Assembly: GCA_964551295.1 (NCBI GenBank)
Contig: CAZKDJ010000002.1
Span: 1,096-65,095, forward strand
Direction: 5' to 3'
DNA length: 64,000 bases
DNA from: an uncultured Anaerolineales bacterium
Lineage (GTDB): Bacteria > Chloroflexota > Anaerolineae > B4-G1
Shown one piece after another: positions 1-8,165 of this stretch. Under the pieces are notes generated by a model. The model searched no databases and was not told the DNA's origin. It saw only the letters and a program-made list of their open reading frames with translations. Position 1 is the first letter of the stretch. Each line of letters starts with the position of its first letter. Both the position numbers and the translations under genes were made by a program.

Positions 1-1000
1 AGTGGATTTTGAACACCGTCAGATCATACGTAGGTCTCTCGACCACGACCTCCAATCGGGGCGGCTTCTCGCCTTTGCGCCCCTGGGGACGTTTCTTGGC
101 TCCAAAGATGGTTTTCAGCCTTTTGACGTCCAACCGGCTGCGGGTGCGATCAACGATGCCCTGTAAAATCTCCTCCATTACACTCCCACGTGTGAACACC
201 AGATTGCGACTGTACTCCGCCTGATAGATCGAGTAGTCGTAGTGGAAGCCCGTTCTTTCCTGATCCTCCAAGCTCAACCCAAAGCACAGGCACGCCGAGT
301 AAATCCAACGCTCGCACATCTGGATCAATCGCCCTATCGTCTCCGGAGAGTACAAGGTATCTGCGATTTCGGCCAACTGCGCAGCGTCGGGAACTTCTGT
401 GAAGCAGTTGCCTTCCTTTGTGAACTCAACACCTTCCTTCTTTGCCTGGCGGGCAACGAACTCGTGGCCATTCACCGCGATCTGGGCACTAAACGGAGGG
501 TGCCCACACAGCTTGATCATGACGTGCCCCCATTCAGGGTCCATGATGTGGAACGAGTAGTGGTTCACGTAGGGATATGGTTTCTTCCTTCTGATGTCCA
601 GAGTCTTGCCGTTCTTGGAACGTTCGACCTCCCAAACCGGCGCCGGCGCTCGGCCCACCAGGATCAGAAACACTCCAGCAAAGTCAGGGTCTTCTGGCAA
701 GTACCGCTCGGCTATCTCGTGCTTCCGCTGCCCTTGCTTGCAGTGGATAATGGGAATGCCGTGCTTCTTCGCGTGAGCGTGAACACGCCGGCTGAATCGC
801 CCTGCCATGCGCATCAGGTGAGTCTTGTCCAGATTCTCGTCAGAGCCTTCCAGCCGCCGCTACCATGTGCGGAACCCTCCCGGAGAGCAACCAAGCCGGA
901 AGTAGCCATTGAGCACGATCCGATCTGCACAGTCATAGGTGCCGTCCAGATAATCCGAGTAATACTCGCTGAATTCGTCCGTCGTATTTATCACTCCCAT
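1..1000 (-). pseudogene. IS-associated / transposase-like ORF, 5' part; runs off the left window edge and is interrupted by an in-frame TAG at 860-862
   Basis: My own reverse-strand translation from ATG 1000-998 gives MGVINTTDEFSEYYSDYLDGTYDCADRIVLNGYFRLGCSPGGFRTW*RRLEGSDENLDKTHLMRMAGRFSRRVHAHAKKHGIPIIHCKQGQRKHEIAERYL...HYSFHIMDPEWGHVMIKLCGHPPFSAQIAVNGHEF.... The stop sits where W-W is expected (TGG TAG). The frame stays open to position 1. It abuts and truncates an RHS-repeat remnant. I could not assign a family by eye. Confidence 0.45.
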
Positions 1001-1124
1001 CGCCCCCTCTGGTCGGATGATGGGAGCTTAGGAGAAATCGTGTTTCTTGTCAACTGCCCCGAAGGGGCCCTGTCTTCCGGGCGCAGTCCCGGACGACGCG
1101 TAGTCCCTTTTACTCCCCACGGGT

Positions 1125-1458
1125 TGCCATCTGGATGATATGCATAGTCGCGCAGCTCGAGCAGGTCGCTGACCACACTCGCGGCCTGAATGGATTGCAA
1201 TGCGAACGGGGGCTCTGCGCTGACCTCGCCGGCGGTGTAATATTGGATCGTGGTGCTGATCACCCCCGCCCCCAGCGCCAGCGACGTCGGCTGCCCCAGC
1301 GCGTCGTACCCCGCGTCCTGCAAGTAGACCGCCGCGCCCTCGTCGGCGGTGAGGCCATTGACCCGCCCGGCCCTGTCGTAGGTATAGGTCACCACCTCGC
1401 CGTCGGGGTAGGTCAGGGTCTCCGGGCGGTTCAGCGGATCGTAGGTGAAGGCGGTTTT
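1125..1458 (-). pseudogene. RHS / YD-repeat protein remnant, truncated at both ends
   Basis: Minus-strand ORF 991..1509 contains consecutive YD-type repeats (FTYDPLNRPETLTYPDGEVVTYTYDRAGRVNGL...LQDAGYDALGQP...LRDYAYHPDGN). It has no plausible N-terminus, and the repeat signal is lost next to the transposase-like gene. Confidence 0.55.
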
Positions 1459-1644
1459 GGAGCAAAAGCCCAGACAACAAGTGACCGGCACCCGTAAGGT
1501 ACCGGTCACTTCCGGGACGTGAATCCCAGGTGAGATGTGTGGAACGATGGGCTAGCAGCTACTGGAGCCGATTACACAATGACAAGAAAAACGAGACGGT
1601 GTTGCTGTACCCTAGCCCAATCCTTCAACCGCCGCTAAACTCCC

Positions 1645-1926
1645 CTACGAACTGTGAACCGTCTCGAGGCCCCGGTTGCTCAAGCTCAGGGCAAAGAAAT
1701 CCGGCTGCCAGAAGGCGGACAGGGGTGACTCTTTCAGCAGGTAGAACAGGCTGGCAAAGTAGATGGTCTTGCCGTGCCCGCGCAGGCCGACGGCGCTGAC
1801 GACCAGAGGCGGGTACTCTTTGTAGCCCCGCACGTACATGGGGGGCACCTGCTCGTTACATTCGGGGCAGAAATAGCCTTTCTCCAGGATGAACTGGACG
1901 TCGTCAAGGCAGTATGGACACAGCAT
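1645..1926 (-). CDS. Short ORF with an N-terminal zinc ribbon plus Walker-A P-loop; probably a 3'-truncated NTPase
   Basis: Sequence MLCPYCLDDVQFILEKGYFCPECNEQ (CxxC...CxxC) is followed by VVSAVGLRGHGKTIYFASL (GxxGxGKT). A good SD (GGAGGT) precedes ATG 1926. The ORF stops only about 40 aa after the P-loop, too short for a complete NTPase. Confidence 0.45.
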   Translation of the reverse strand: MLCPYCLDDVQFILEKGYFCPECNEQVPPMYVRGYKEYPPLVVSAVGLRGHGKTIYFASLFYLLKESPLSAFWQPDFFALSLSNRGLETVHSS

Positions 1927-2087
1927 GAGCTACCTCCGTAGCGCCTCTTCCGGCCGCTGCTCCCTGGGCTTGAGAGGGGGTTCCACGCCGCAGGATCGAG
2001 GTGATGGAAGGGAGCAGTCCCTCCCACAGACCTGGCAGGGATTGTAACACAGTTCGACATGGGGGGCAAACGGGCGCCAAATGCCAG

Positions 2088-2116
2088 TTGCAACACCATA
2101 TCGGAAGTGATATAAT
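2088..2116 (+). promoter_or_regulatory. Sigma70-type promoter for the mazEF-like pair: TTGCAA-17-TATAAT
   Basis: TTGCAA at 2088-2093, a 17-nt spacer, TATAAT at 2111-2116. AAGGAGG SD and ATG 2146 lie downstream. Confidence 0.55.
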
Positions 2117-2145
2117 CAAGCTGAGGCTTTTGAAGGAGGCGCAAA

Positions 2146-2424
2146 ATGAGTAGTGTACCAGAGGTCGTCGAAAAGCGCATCCGGTTGTCGGCAGAATGCG
2201 CGGACCGTCTTGATCGCCTAGCCCAGACTCATCGTCTGCGCGAAGATCAGGTCATCGAGAAGGCTCTGGACATTCTCTTCAGTTTGACCGATCTGCTGGA
2301 CGAGGACGCCGAACGGCGAGGATGGTCGTTCCTCTCTGAATCCGCCTTGCAGTGCGTGTGGGATAACGAAAAAGACGCCGTCTACGATAACTGGAGGGAA
2401 TTGTATGCCGTTCCAGCGCAGTAG
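2146..2424 (+). CDS. Type II antitoxin, RHH/MazE-like
   Basis: 92-aa ORF with an N-terminal RHH-like segment (KRIRLSAECADRLDRLAQTH). It overlaps the downstream PemK/MazF-like toxin by 20 nt and has a strong SD. Confidence 0.65.
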   Translation: MSSVPEVVEKRIRLSAECADRLDRLAQTHRLREDQVIEKALDILFSLTDLLDEDAERRGWSFLSESALQCVWDNEKDAVYDNWRELYAVPAQ

Positions 2425-2752
2425 CGTGGTCCTGGTTCCCTTCCCGTTCAGCGATCTCAGCACAACCAAGGTGAGACCGGCAGTCGTCGTGAGTAGCGCT
2501 CTGTATCACACAACCGAGCCCGACCTTCTCCTGGCTGCGCTCACTTCCAAGGTTGCAGCGGCCACAGGCCCTCTGGACTATGTATTAGGCGACTGGCAGT
2601 CGGCCGGGTTGCGCTATCTCTCGGCGCTCAAGCCCGTTTTGTTCACGCTCGACCCCGCCCGTGTGCTTCACTGCATTGGCACGTTGACACCGGCGGATAT
2701 GGCGCAAATAGACCTACGGCTGCTTCGTGCCCTGGGTTTGAAAACGCCCTAA
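2405..2752 (+). CDS. mazF: Type II toxin, PemK/MazF-family mRNA interferase
   Basis: N-terminus SSVVLVPFPFSDLSTTKVRPAVVVS plus ...LAALTSKV... matches the canonical PemK/MazF pattern (VxFPFSDxSxxKxRPAlVlS). Confidence 0.85.
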   Translation: MPFQRSSVVLVPFPFSDLSTTKVRPAVVVSSALYHTTEPDLLLAALTSKVAAATGPLDYVLGDWQSAGLRYLSALKPVLFTLDPARVLHCIGTLTPADMAQIDLRLLRALGLKTP

Positions 2753-2795
2753 AGCCGCAAAAGATGGGTTAGCGGCTTCCGAGGCCGGTTGCGAG

Positions 2796-3464
2796 GTGGC
2801 AAGGGAAACAAGGCGCACGCACAAGCCCTGGCTCTACCCTCCGGCCCGCCTCTACCCATTCTACGGCATCAAACAGGTGCTCAACATCAATCCCGGCACG
2901 GTGCTGCTGGGCCACTTTTTGCACAAGATCGTCGTCGATAACGAGTTCAAGATCAGCGTCTATATGGGCAACGACAATGCCTACGCCGCGCTGTGGACGC
3001 TGATCGGGGCCAAGCTCTTCTCCCGCGAGGATGGCACCAGTCCCCTCATCGGCTTCAATTGGTCCAACTCGGTGAATAACGAGACCATGGAGATCACAGC
3101 CCAGTTTCGCCGCCGGTTGGGCTTTGAGGACGTCGTGCGCTTCGAGCATCACATCACCGAGACGTACAAATCCATCGTGCGCCAGCCCTATGATCGGTTG
3201 GACGAATTGGTCGAGATCGCGGATCACGTGGCCAACATCTCGGCCAAGCACGAGGGCGCGCCCCCGGCGAACGAGACGAGACGCGAGCACCCGTCTGACA
3301 TCCTCGACTATTTCCGCGACAAGGACGAGGTGGAGGACGCGGGCGATATGCCGTTCCTGCTGCGCAACTATCTTGATAAGCACGACGCGGTGAATCGCAC
3401 CGCGCGGGCGCTGACGGAGAATGGGCTGGCGTTCGTGGCGGCACAGGAGTTGCACCGAGCGTGA
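2796..3464 (+). CDS. Hypothetical protein, no family recognised
   Basis: 222-aa ORF (GTG start) with protein-like composition. The overlapping minus-strand ORF 2769..3575 has typical antisense R/L/V/G/H-rich composition. The start codon is uncertain. Confidence 0.5.
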   Translation: MARETRRTHKPWLYPPARLYPFYGIKQVLNINPGTVLLGHFLHKIVVDNEFKISVYMGNDNAYAALWTLIGAKLFSREDGTSPLIGFNWSNSVNNETMEITAQFRRRLGFEDVVRFEHHITETYKSIVRQPYDRLDELVEIADHVANISAKHEGAPPANETRREHPSDILDYFRDKDEVEDAGDMPFLLRNYLDKHDAVNRTARALTENGLAFVAAQELHRA

Positions 3465-3561
3465 TGCGTGAAACGTAAATGCAGTTGGGTGGCCCGACGA
3501 TCTAGTCCCAGAGTACAATCCCAATCTCATTCTCAAGGCCAATGAGAGATTTGGCAAAGTG

Positions 3562-3570
3562 TGGTATACT
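3562..3570 (+). promoter_or_regulatory. Possible extended -10 element (TGGTATACT) upstream of the vWA gene
   Basis: TGnTATACT at 3562-3570. No convincing -35. About 105 nt upstream of ATG 3676. Confidence 0.3.
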
Positions 3571-3587
3571 CTCACTATCTGAAACTT

Positions 3588-3645
3588 TAGCCGTGGTTTC
3601 TGTCCGCGCTTGCACGGCCCGCGCGATTTGGAAATCGCGGCTACA
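3588..3645. repeat. REP/REPIN-like inverted doublet (TAGCCGTGGTTTC ... GAAATCGCGGCTA) with central palindrome CGCGATTTGGAAATCGCG
   Basis: Palindrome at 3622-3639. The 33-nt block 3613-3645 recurs at 4418-4450 with 4 differences (3 substitutions plus a 1-nt indel). Confidence 0.55.
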
Positions 3646-3675
3646 CATCATTATCATCATCACAAGGAGGATGTA

Positions 3676-4380
3676 ATGGAAAGCAGACTTGAAGACGTAG
3701 TCGAGTTCGAGGATAATCCCGAACCCCGTTGTCCCGTGGTGTTGCTCCTCGATACCTCGGGGTCGATGACGGGGCAGCCCGTCGCTGAGTTGAACCAGGC
3801 GCTGTTAGAGTTCGATGAGGCGATGAAGGCGGATGCGCTGGCCGCGCTGCGCGTCGAGGTGTCCATCGTCACCTTTGGCGGGCGCGTGGAGGTGGCCGAC
3901 GTCGCGGGGACCGGCACGTCGCTGGATGCCAGCGATGCCTTTATCACCGCCGATGGCTTTCAGCCGCCCACGCTGACGGCGAATGGCGATACGCCGATGG
4001 GTGAGGCGGTACGCAAAGCGCTGACGCTGATCCGGGAGCGCAAGGAAATCTACAAGCGGAACGGCCTCGACTACTTTCGCCCGTGGATCTTTCTCATCAC
4101 CGATGGGGAGCCGACCGATTTCGGCTGGGAGTCGGCCGCCGACCAGGTCAAGCAGGAGGAGGCGCGCAAGGGGGTGCTGTTCTACGCCGTGGGCGTTGAG
4201 GGTGCCGACATCCAGAACCTATCGCGCTTCTCCGACCAGCGCCAGCCGCTCAAGCTGAAGGGGCTGGCGTTCCGCGAGCTGTTCCAGTGGCTCTCCAGCA
4301 GCCTGTCGGCGGTGGCCAAGTCGCGCCCCGGCGACCAGGTGCCGCTGCCGGCCGTCGGCTGGGCCTCGATAGACACCTAG
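3676..4380 (+). CDS. vWA-domain protein, TerY-like; first gene of the TerY-P-type triad
   Basis: MIDAS motif in VVLLLDTSGSMTGQPV, then ...VSIVTFGG...TPMGEA...IFLITDGEPTD. AAGGAGGA SD precedes ATG 3676. The ORF-track start at 3610 lies inside the REP element. Confidence 0.85.
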   Translation: MESRLEDVVEFEDNPEPRCPVVLLLDTSGSMTGQPVAELNQALLEFDEAMKADALAALRVEVSIVTFGGRVEVADVAGTGTSLDASDAFITADGFQPPTLTANGDTPMGEAVRKALTLIRERKEIYKRNGLDYFRPWIFLITDGEPTDFGWESAADQVKQEEARKGVLFYAVGVEGADIQNLSRFSDQRQPLKLKGLAFRELFQWLSSSLSAVAKSRPGDQVPLPAVGWASIDT

Positions 4381-4393
4381 CGCGCCAGATAGA

Positions 4394-4450
4394 GTAGCCG
4401 CGACTTTGGCCGTGCTTCACGGCGCGCGCGATTGCGAAATCGCGGCTACA
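4394..4450. repeat. REP/REPIN-like inverted doublet (GTAGCCGCGA ... TCGCGGCTAC) with central palindrome CGCGATTGCGAAATCGCG
   Basis: 10-bp outer inverted repeat at 4394-4403 / 4440-4449. Palindrome at 4427-4444. Second copy of the 3588-3645 element, same orientation, again just upstream of a gene start. Confidence 0.55.
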
Positions 4451-4466
4451 AGGCGGGGTAAGGCAG

Positions 4467-5240
4467 ATGAACGACAAGTGGCGCGTATTTGGAGCGTCGG
4501 TGCGGGGGACGTCCCACCAGGCAAACGACGTGCCCTGCCAGGACGCTCACGCATATCGGGTGTTCCCCCGGGGCGAGCTGGTCGTCGCCGTGGCCGATGG
4601 CGCCGGGTCGAGCGAGCGCTCGGACGAGGGAGCACAAGTGGCCGTGCGAGAGGCTGTGGCCTCGTTGGCCTCGGTGATCGAGGGTCGCTTTGACTGGAGC
4701 CAGTCATCGTGGCAAGAGGCGATGCAGGAGGCGTTCCGCCAGGCGCGTGCGGCACTCGATGAGCTGGCCGCGCGCGAGGAGGTGGATCTGCGCGCCTTTG
4801 CCGCGACGCTGACGTGCGCAGTCGCCACCGACGACCGGTTGGTCGTGGGCCAGATCGGCGACTGTGTCGCCATCGCCGCCGACACGTTCGGTGATCTGTC
4901 CACTGTGGTCCAACCCCAGAAGGGCGAGTACGCCAGCGAGACCTATTTCCTCACCGGGCCCGACGCGCTGGACACTGTCGAGGTTGAGATCGTCTCCCGC
5001 CAGGTCAAGTCGCTGGCCGTGATCAGCGACGGACTGACGCGGCTGGCGGTCAAGCTGCCCGATTACGCGCCTGCCGCCCGGTTCTTTGATCCCCTGTGGG
5101 CCTTTGCCGTCGAGGCGGAGGATGAGGCGCAGGCCAAAGCGGAGATGGCCGCCTTCCTGGCCTCCGAGCGGGTGTGCGCCCGCAGCGACGACGACAAGAC
5201 CCTCGTGCTGGCTGTCCGGCCGAAAGGGCCCTTTGCGTAA
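4467..5240 (+). CDS. PP2C-family Ser/Thr phosphatase; second gene of the triad
   Basis: FGASVRGTSHQANDVPCQDAHAY...VAVADGAGSSERSDEGAQVA...VGQIGDC...VISDGL is the typical PP2C_2-type pattern. Confidence 0.85.
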   Translation: MNDKWRVFGASVRGTSHQANDVPCQDAHAYRVFPRGELVVAVADGAGSSERSDEGAQVAVREAVASLASVIEGRFDWSQSSWQEAMQEAFRQARAALDELAAREEVDLRAFAATLTCAVATDDRLVVGQIGDCVAIAADTFGDLSTVVQPQKGEYASETYFLTGPDALDTVEVEIVSRQVKSLAVISDGLTRLAVKLPDYAPAARFFDPLWAFAVEAEDEAQAKAEMAAFLASERVCARSDDDKTLVLAVRPKGPFA

Positions 5241-5252
5241 AAGAGATCATCG

Positions 5253-8165
5253 ATGATCGTCGTCTATGACTCCGCAAAGCGCCGCATCCTCCTCGGCAGG
5301 GAGGTAGGCCACGGGGGTGAGGCTGCCATCTACCGTGTGCAGGGGCAGGAGACCCTCCTGGCCAAGGTCTATATGCCTCCCATCCACCCGCACTATGCGC
5401 CCAAGGTGGCGTGGATGAGGGACCATCCCCCCGAGGAGCCGGATTACTCTGTAGATATCGACGAGCACAAGGCGCTGGCCTGGCCCATCGAGCTGCTCTA
5501 CGATCGCAAGGGCAGGTTTACCGGCTATCTGATGCCCCGCATCCGGGGGGGCGTGACCCTTTTAAAGGTCTTTAACCCGCGCCTGCGGGCCCAGTCCCTG
5601 CCCTTCGACCACAAGTACCTGCACCGCACGGCGCGCAACCTGGCGGCGGCGGTGGCCTCGCTGCACGCCAAGGGGTACGTGGTAGGGGATCTGCACGAGA
5701 GCAACGCGATCGTGACGCCGCAGGCGTTGGTGACGATGATCGACACCGACTCGTTCCAGGTGCGGGCGAAGGTACGGGGCGAGGAGGTGTGCTACCGCTG
5801 CGTGGTGGGCAAGCCGGAGTACACGGCGCCGGAGCTGCAGGGCAAGCACCTGGCGGACGTGACGCGCGGGCCGGAGCAGGACAACTTTGCTTTGGCGGTG
5901 CTGATCTTCCAGTTGTTGATGTGGGGGAACCACCCGTTCCGCTCGCTGTGGAAGCGGGCGGGGGAACCGCCGCCGCTGGAGGTCAAGATCGCGCGCGGGC
6001 TGTTCCCGCACGTCAAGCCGCCGCCGGACCCGGTGGAGCTGCCGCCCAACGTCCCTTCTCTGGGCACGCTGCATCCCGGGCTTTCGGCCCTGATGCAGCG
6101 CTGCTTCGTGGACGGACACAATGATCCGCACCTGCGCCCCACGGCGGCGGAGTGGCGGGGCGGGCTGGAGGAGGCGGAGGCGGCGCTGATGCAGTGCGCC
6201 AAGGGGCACTACCACTCGAACCTCCTGGTCAAGTGTCCCCAGTGCGAGGCGGATAAACGCACGGCCAAGCGGGCCAAGCATATTGCCGCGGCTCGACGCC
6301 GGCGGGCTGCCGCTGCGCGTCAGCAGCGGAGAATAACCTTTTCGTCTTGGCTTCAGCATGGGCAACGGCAGACGGCGAGGCCTGCACAGCCGAGGGTGGC
6401 CCGGACGCGGGTTCGTCCTACGACCCGCGCTCCGGTGCTGAAGCAGGCCTTGCGACCGAGGTTGGTCGTAATGGGGTTCTTATTGCTGGCTGTGATATGC
6501 TTGATATACTCCTTTGCGAATATCTCGCCACCTGAACGTTCGAGGCCGGCGATGGGGGTGCCGACTGCGACGCTAAGGCCAACTCCAACCCTGTCTCCTC
6601 CACTGTCGGGCGCATCTTTGTCGCAATCTATGGTTGCTATATCGCCTGAAAATTGCGAACAAGTTACACAGCTAGATAATTGGGCCTATACTTCTGATGT
6701 GTTAAATGTAGTGTTCTCTCCAGATGGGACTTTGTTGGCCTTAAGGGGACGGGACGGAGAGGTGAGGATACAGGAAGTAGCAAGCGGGCGTGGAGTGCGC
6801 ACTTTTTCTGGGAGTACGATTGACGGCGATATAGCCTTCTCGTCTGATGGGGTGTTTTTGGCTTTTAAAGGTTCTAATGATACAGTGGAAGTATGGGAGG
6901 TCTCAACTCAACGCAGGGTTTATAGCCTGAAGGGTATTGGCAAAGTGACGAGTTTAGCCTTTTCCCCCAATGGAACGTTGCTAGCTGTGGGAGGAGAGTA
7001 TAGGAGTAACGCTGGAGTAGACTTATGGGATGTTGCCACCGGGGATAAGGTGTATACGTTGTCTGGTGATAGTGACAGCGTTAATAGCGTTGCTTTTTCT
7101 CCTGATGGGTCGCTGTTAGCCGGGTCAGGTGGCGGTGTAGTGGAATTGTGGAGGGTAACAAGCGGCGATTACTTTAATCGCCGTGTCCGTATCTTTTTTC
7201 ATGAGGATGTGAAGGGGATGGCTTTTTCTCCGGATGGAGCGCTGTTGATGACATGGGCGAGGGATGGCAAGGTAAGAATGTGGCGAGTGCTGGGTGAGGG
7301 TGAGGAGTTCACGCTGGTCCATGATTTCCCTGTGTATGCTGTCGCTTTCTCTCCTACTGGAGCGTTACTGGTCACGGCATCGCAGGACAGGGTGCTAAGT
7401 CTGTGGGAAGTGTCAACCAAGTCAAGGATACATGCATTTTCTGGGGATTCTAAAGTGTATAGCTTGGCCTTTTCTCCTGATGGGACGCTGCTGGCTTCGG
7501 GGCACTCGGGCGGAACGGTAACTTTGTGGGGAATCCCCCCTGGGGCAATGTCTCCCCTGCCCGACACAACCCTGGGCGCGATCAGCGGTGTCGTCACCTA
7601 TTTTGGCACCGGCCTGCCTGTAATCGGGGCCAGCGTCACCACGGACCCGCCTACTGCCTCGATCACGACCGACGCCGAGGGCGAGTTCTCGATCCCCAAC
7701 GTGCCGCCTGGGAGTTACACCGTTACAGTCACAAAGTCCGGCTATGCGATCGATAGCATGCGCGTCAGCGTCCAGGCAGATGGGATGGTGGATGACGTCA
7801 TCTTGCTGGTCTTCCCGCAGCCGTTGGTGACGCTCACGTCACCCCCGATGTTTCCGGGCGCCACATCTGACGCCACATCGGGCGTGATCAGTGGCGTTGT
7901 CTTCGACATGAAGACCGAACTGCCTATGTTGGGGGTCAACGTCACCACCGATCTGCCCACCAGTTCGGTCATGACCGACGCCGAGGGCAGGTTCACGATC
8001 CCCGCCGTGCCACCTGGCTCCTACCTGGTCGAGGCTGCGAAGCACGGCTTGACCATCGGCAAGGAGGCGGCCGTTGTGGCGTGCAAACAGACGGTGGTCG
8101 ATTTTGGAATGTTGGATGTTTCGGGGCTATCGGTGACGTCGATGCCGGCTCCTGGAGTGCCGTGA
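5253..8165 (+). CDS. Ser/Thr protein kinase (TerY-P type) fused to a Zn-ribbon, basic linker, TM helix, 7 WD40 repeats and 2 CarboxypepD_reg-like domains
   Basis: Kinase motifs GGEAAIYRV, LLAKVY, VVGDLHESN, MIDTDSF and KPEYTAPEL. C-x2-H...CPQC ribbon. KRTAKRAKHIAAARRRRAAAARQQRR linker. TM helix LVVMGFLLLAVICLIYSFANI. Seven FSPDG...LW blades. Two copies of ISGVV...TTD..G.F.IP.VPPGSY.V. Confidence 0.85.
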   Translation: MIVVYDSAKRRILLGREVGHGGEAAIYRVQGQETLLAKVYMPPIHPHYAPKVAWMRDHPPEEPDYSVDIDEHKALAWPIELLYDRKGRFTGYLMPRIRGGVTLLKVFNPRLRAQSLPFDHKYLHRTARNLAAAVASLHAKGYVVGDLHESNAIVTPQALVTMIDTDSFQVRAKVRGEEVCYRCVVGKPEYTAPELQGKHLADVTRGPEQDNFALAVLIFQLLMWGNHPFRSLWKRAGEPPPLEVKIARGLFPHVKPPPDPVELPPNVPSLGTLHPGLSALMQRCFVDGHNDPHLRPTAAEWRGGLEEAEAALMQCAKGHYHSNLLVKCPQCEADKRTAKRAKHIAAARRRRAAAARQQRRITFSSWLQHGQRQTARPAQPRVARTRVRPTTRAPVLKQALRPRLVVMGFLLLAVICLIYSFANISPPERSRPAMGVPTATLRPTPTLSPPLSGASLSQSMVAISPENCEQVTQLDNWAYTSDVLNVVFSPDGTLLALRGRDGEVRIQEVASGRGVRTFSGSTIDGDIAFSSDGVFLAFKGSNDTVEVWEVSTQRRVYSLKGIGKVTSLAFSPNGTLLAVGGEYRSNAGVDLWDVATGDKVYTLSGDSDSVNSVAFSPDGSLLAGSGGGVVELWRVTSGDYFNRRVRIFFHEDVKGMAFSPDGALLMTWARDGKVRMWRVLGEGEEFTLVHDFPVYAVAFSPTGALLVTASQDRVLSLWEVSTKSRIHAFSGDSKVYSLAFSPDGTLLASGHSGGTVTLWGIPPGAMSPLPDTTLGAISGVVTYFGTGLPVIGASVTTDPPTASITTDAEGEFSIPNVPPGSYTVTVTKSGYAIDSMRVSVQADGMVDDVILLVFPQPLVTLTSPPMFPGATSDATSGVISGVVFDMKTELPMLGVNVTTDLPTSSVMTDAEGRFTIPAVPPGSYLVEAAKHGLTIGKEAAVVACKQTVVDFGMLDVSGLSVTSMPAPGVP

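Noticed and set aside
1001-1125. Link between the MITE family and the transposase-like gene at the left edge
   Set aside because: I could not find the MITE terminal repeat (GTATCNTCTCAATA) in the ~125 bp adjoining that gene, so there is no evidence it is the autonomous partner.
242-1138. 298-aa plus-strand ORF (and 9..224) at the left edge
   Set aside because: Its composition is R/L/V/P/H-rich and it has no motifs. It is the antisense shadow of the much more protein-like transposase-like frame on the minus strand.
1510-2145. tRNA, rRNA or other structured RNA genes in the longer intergenic gaps (1510-1644, 1927-2145, 3465-3675, 10777-10904, 35815-35918)
   Set aside because: I found no cloverleaf-compatible arm pattern or rRNA-like conserved blocks by eye. 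The gaps are explained by promoters, REP elements or gene remnants. A tRNAscan or Infernal run would be needed to exclude them formally.
2769-3575. 268-aa minus-strand ORF overlapping 2796..3464
   Set aside because: It has a typical high-GC antisense composition (runs of R, L, V, G, H, D). The plus-strand frame looks like a real protein.
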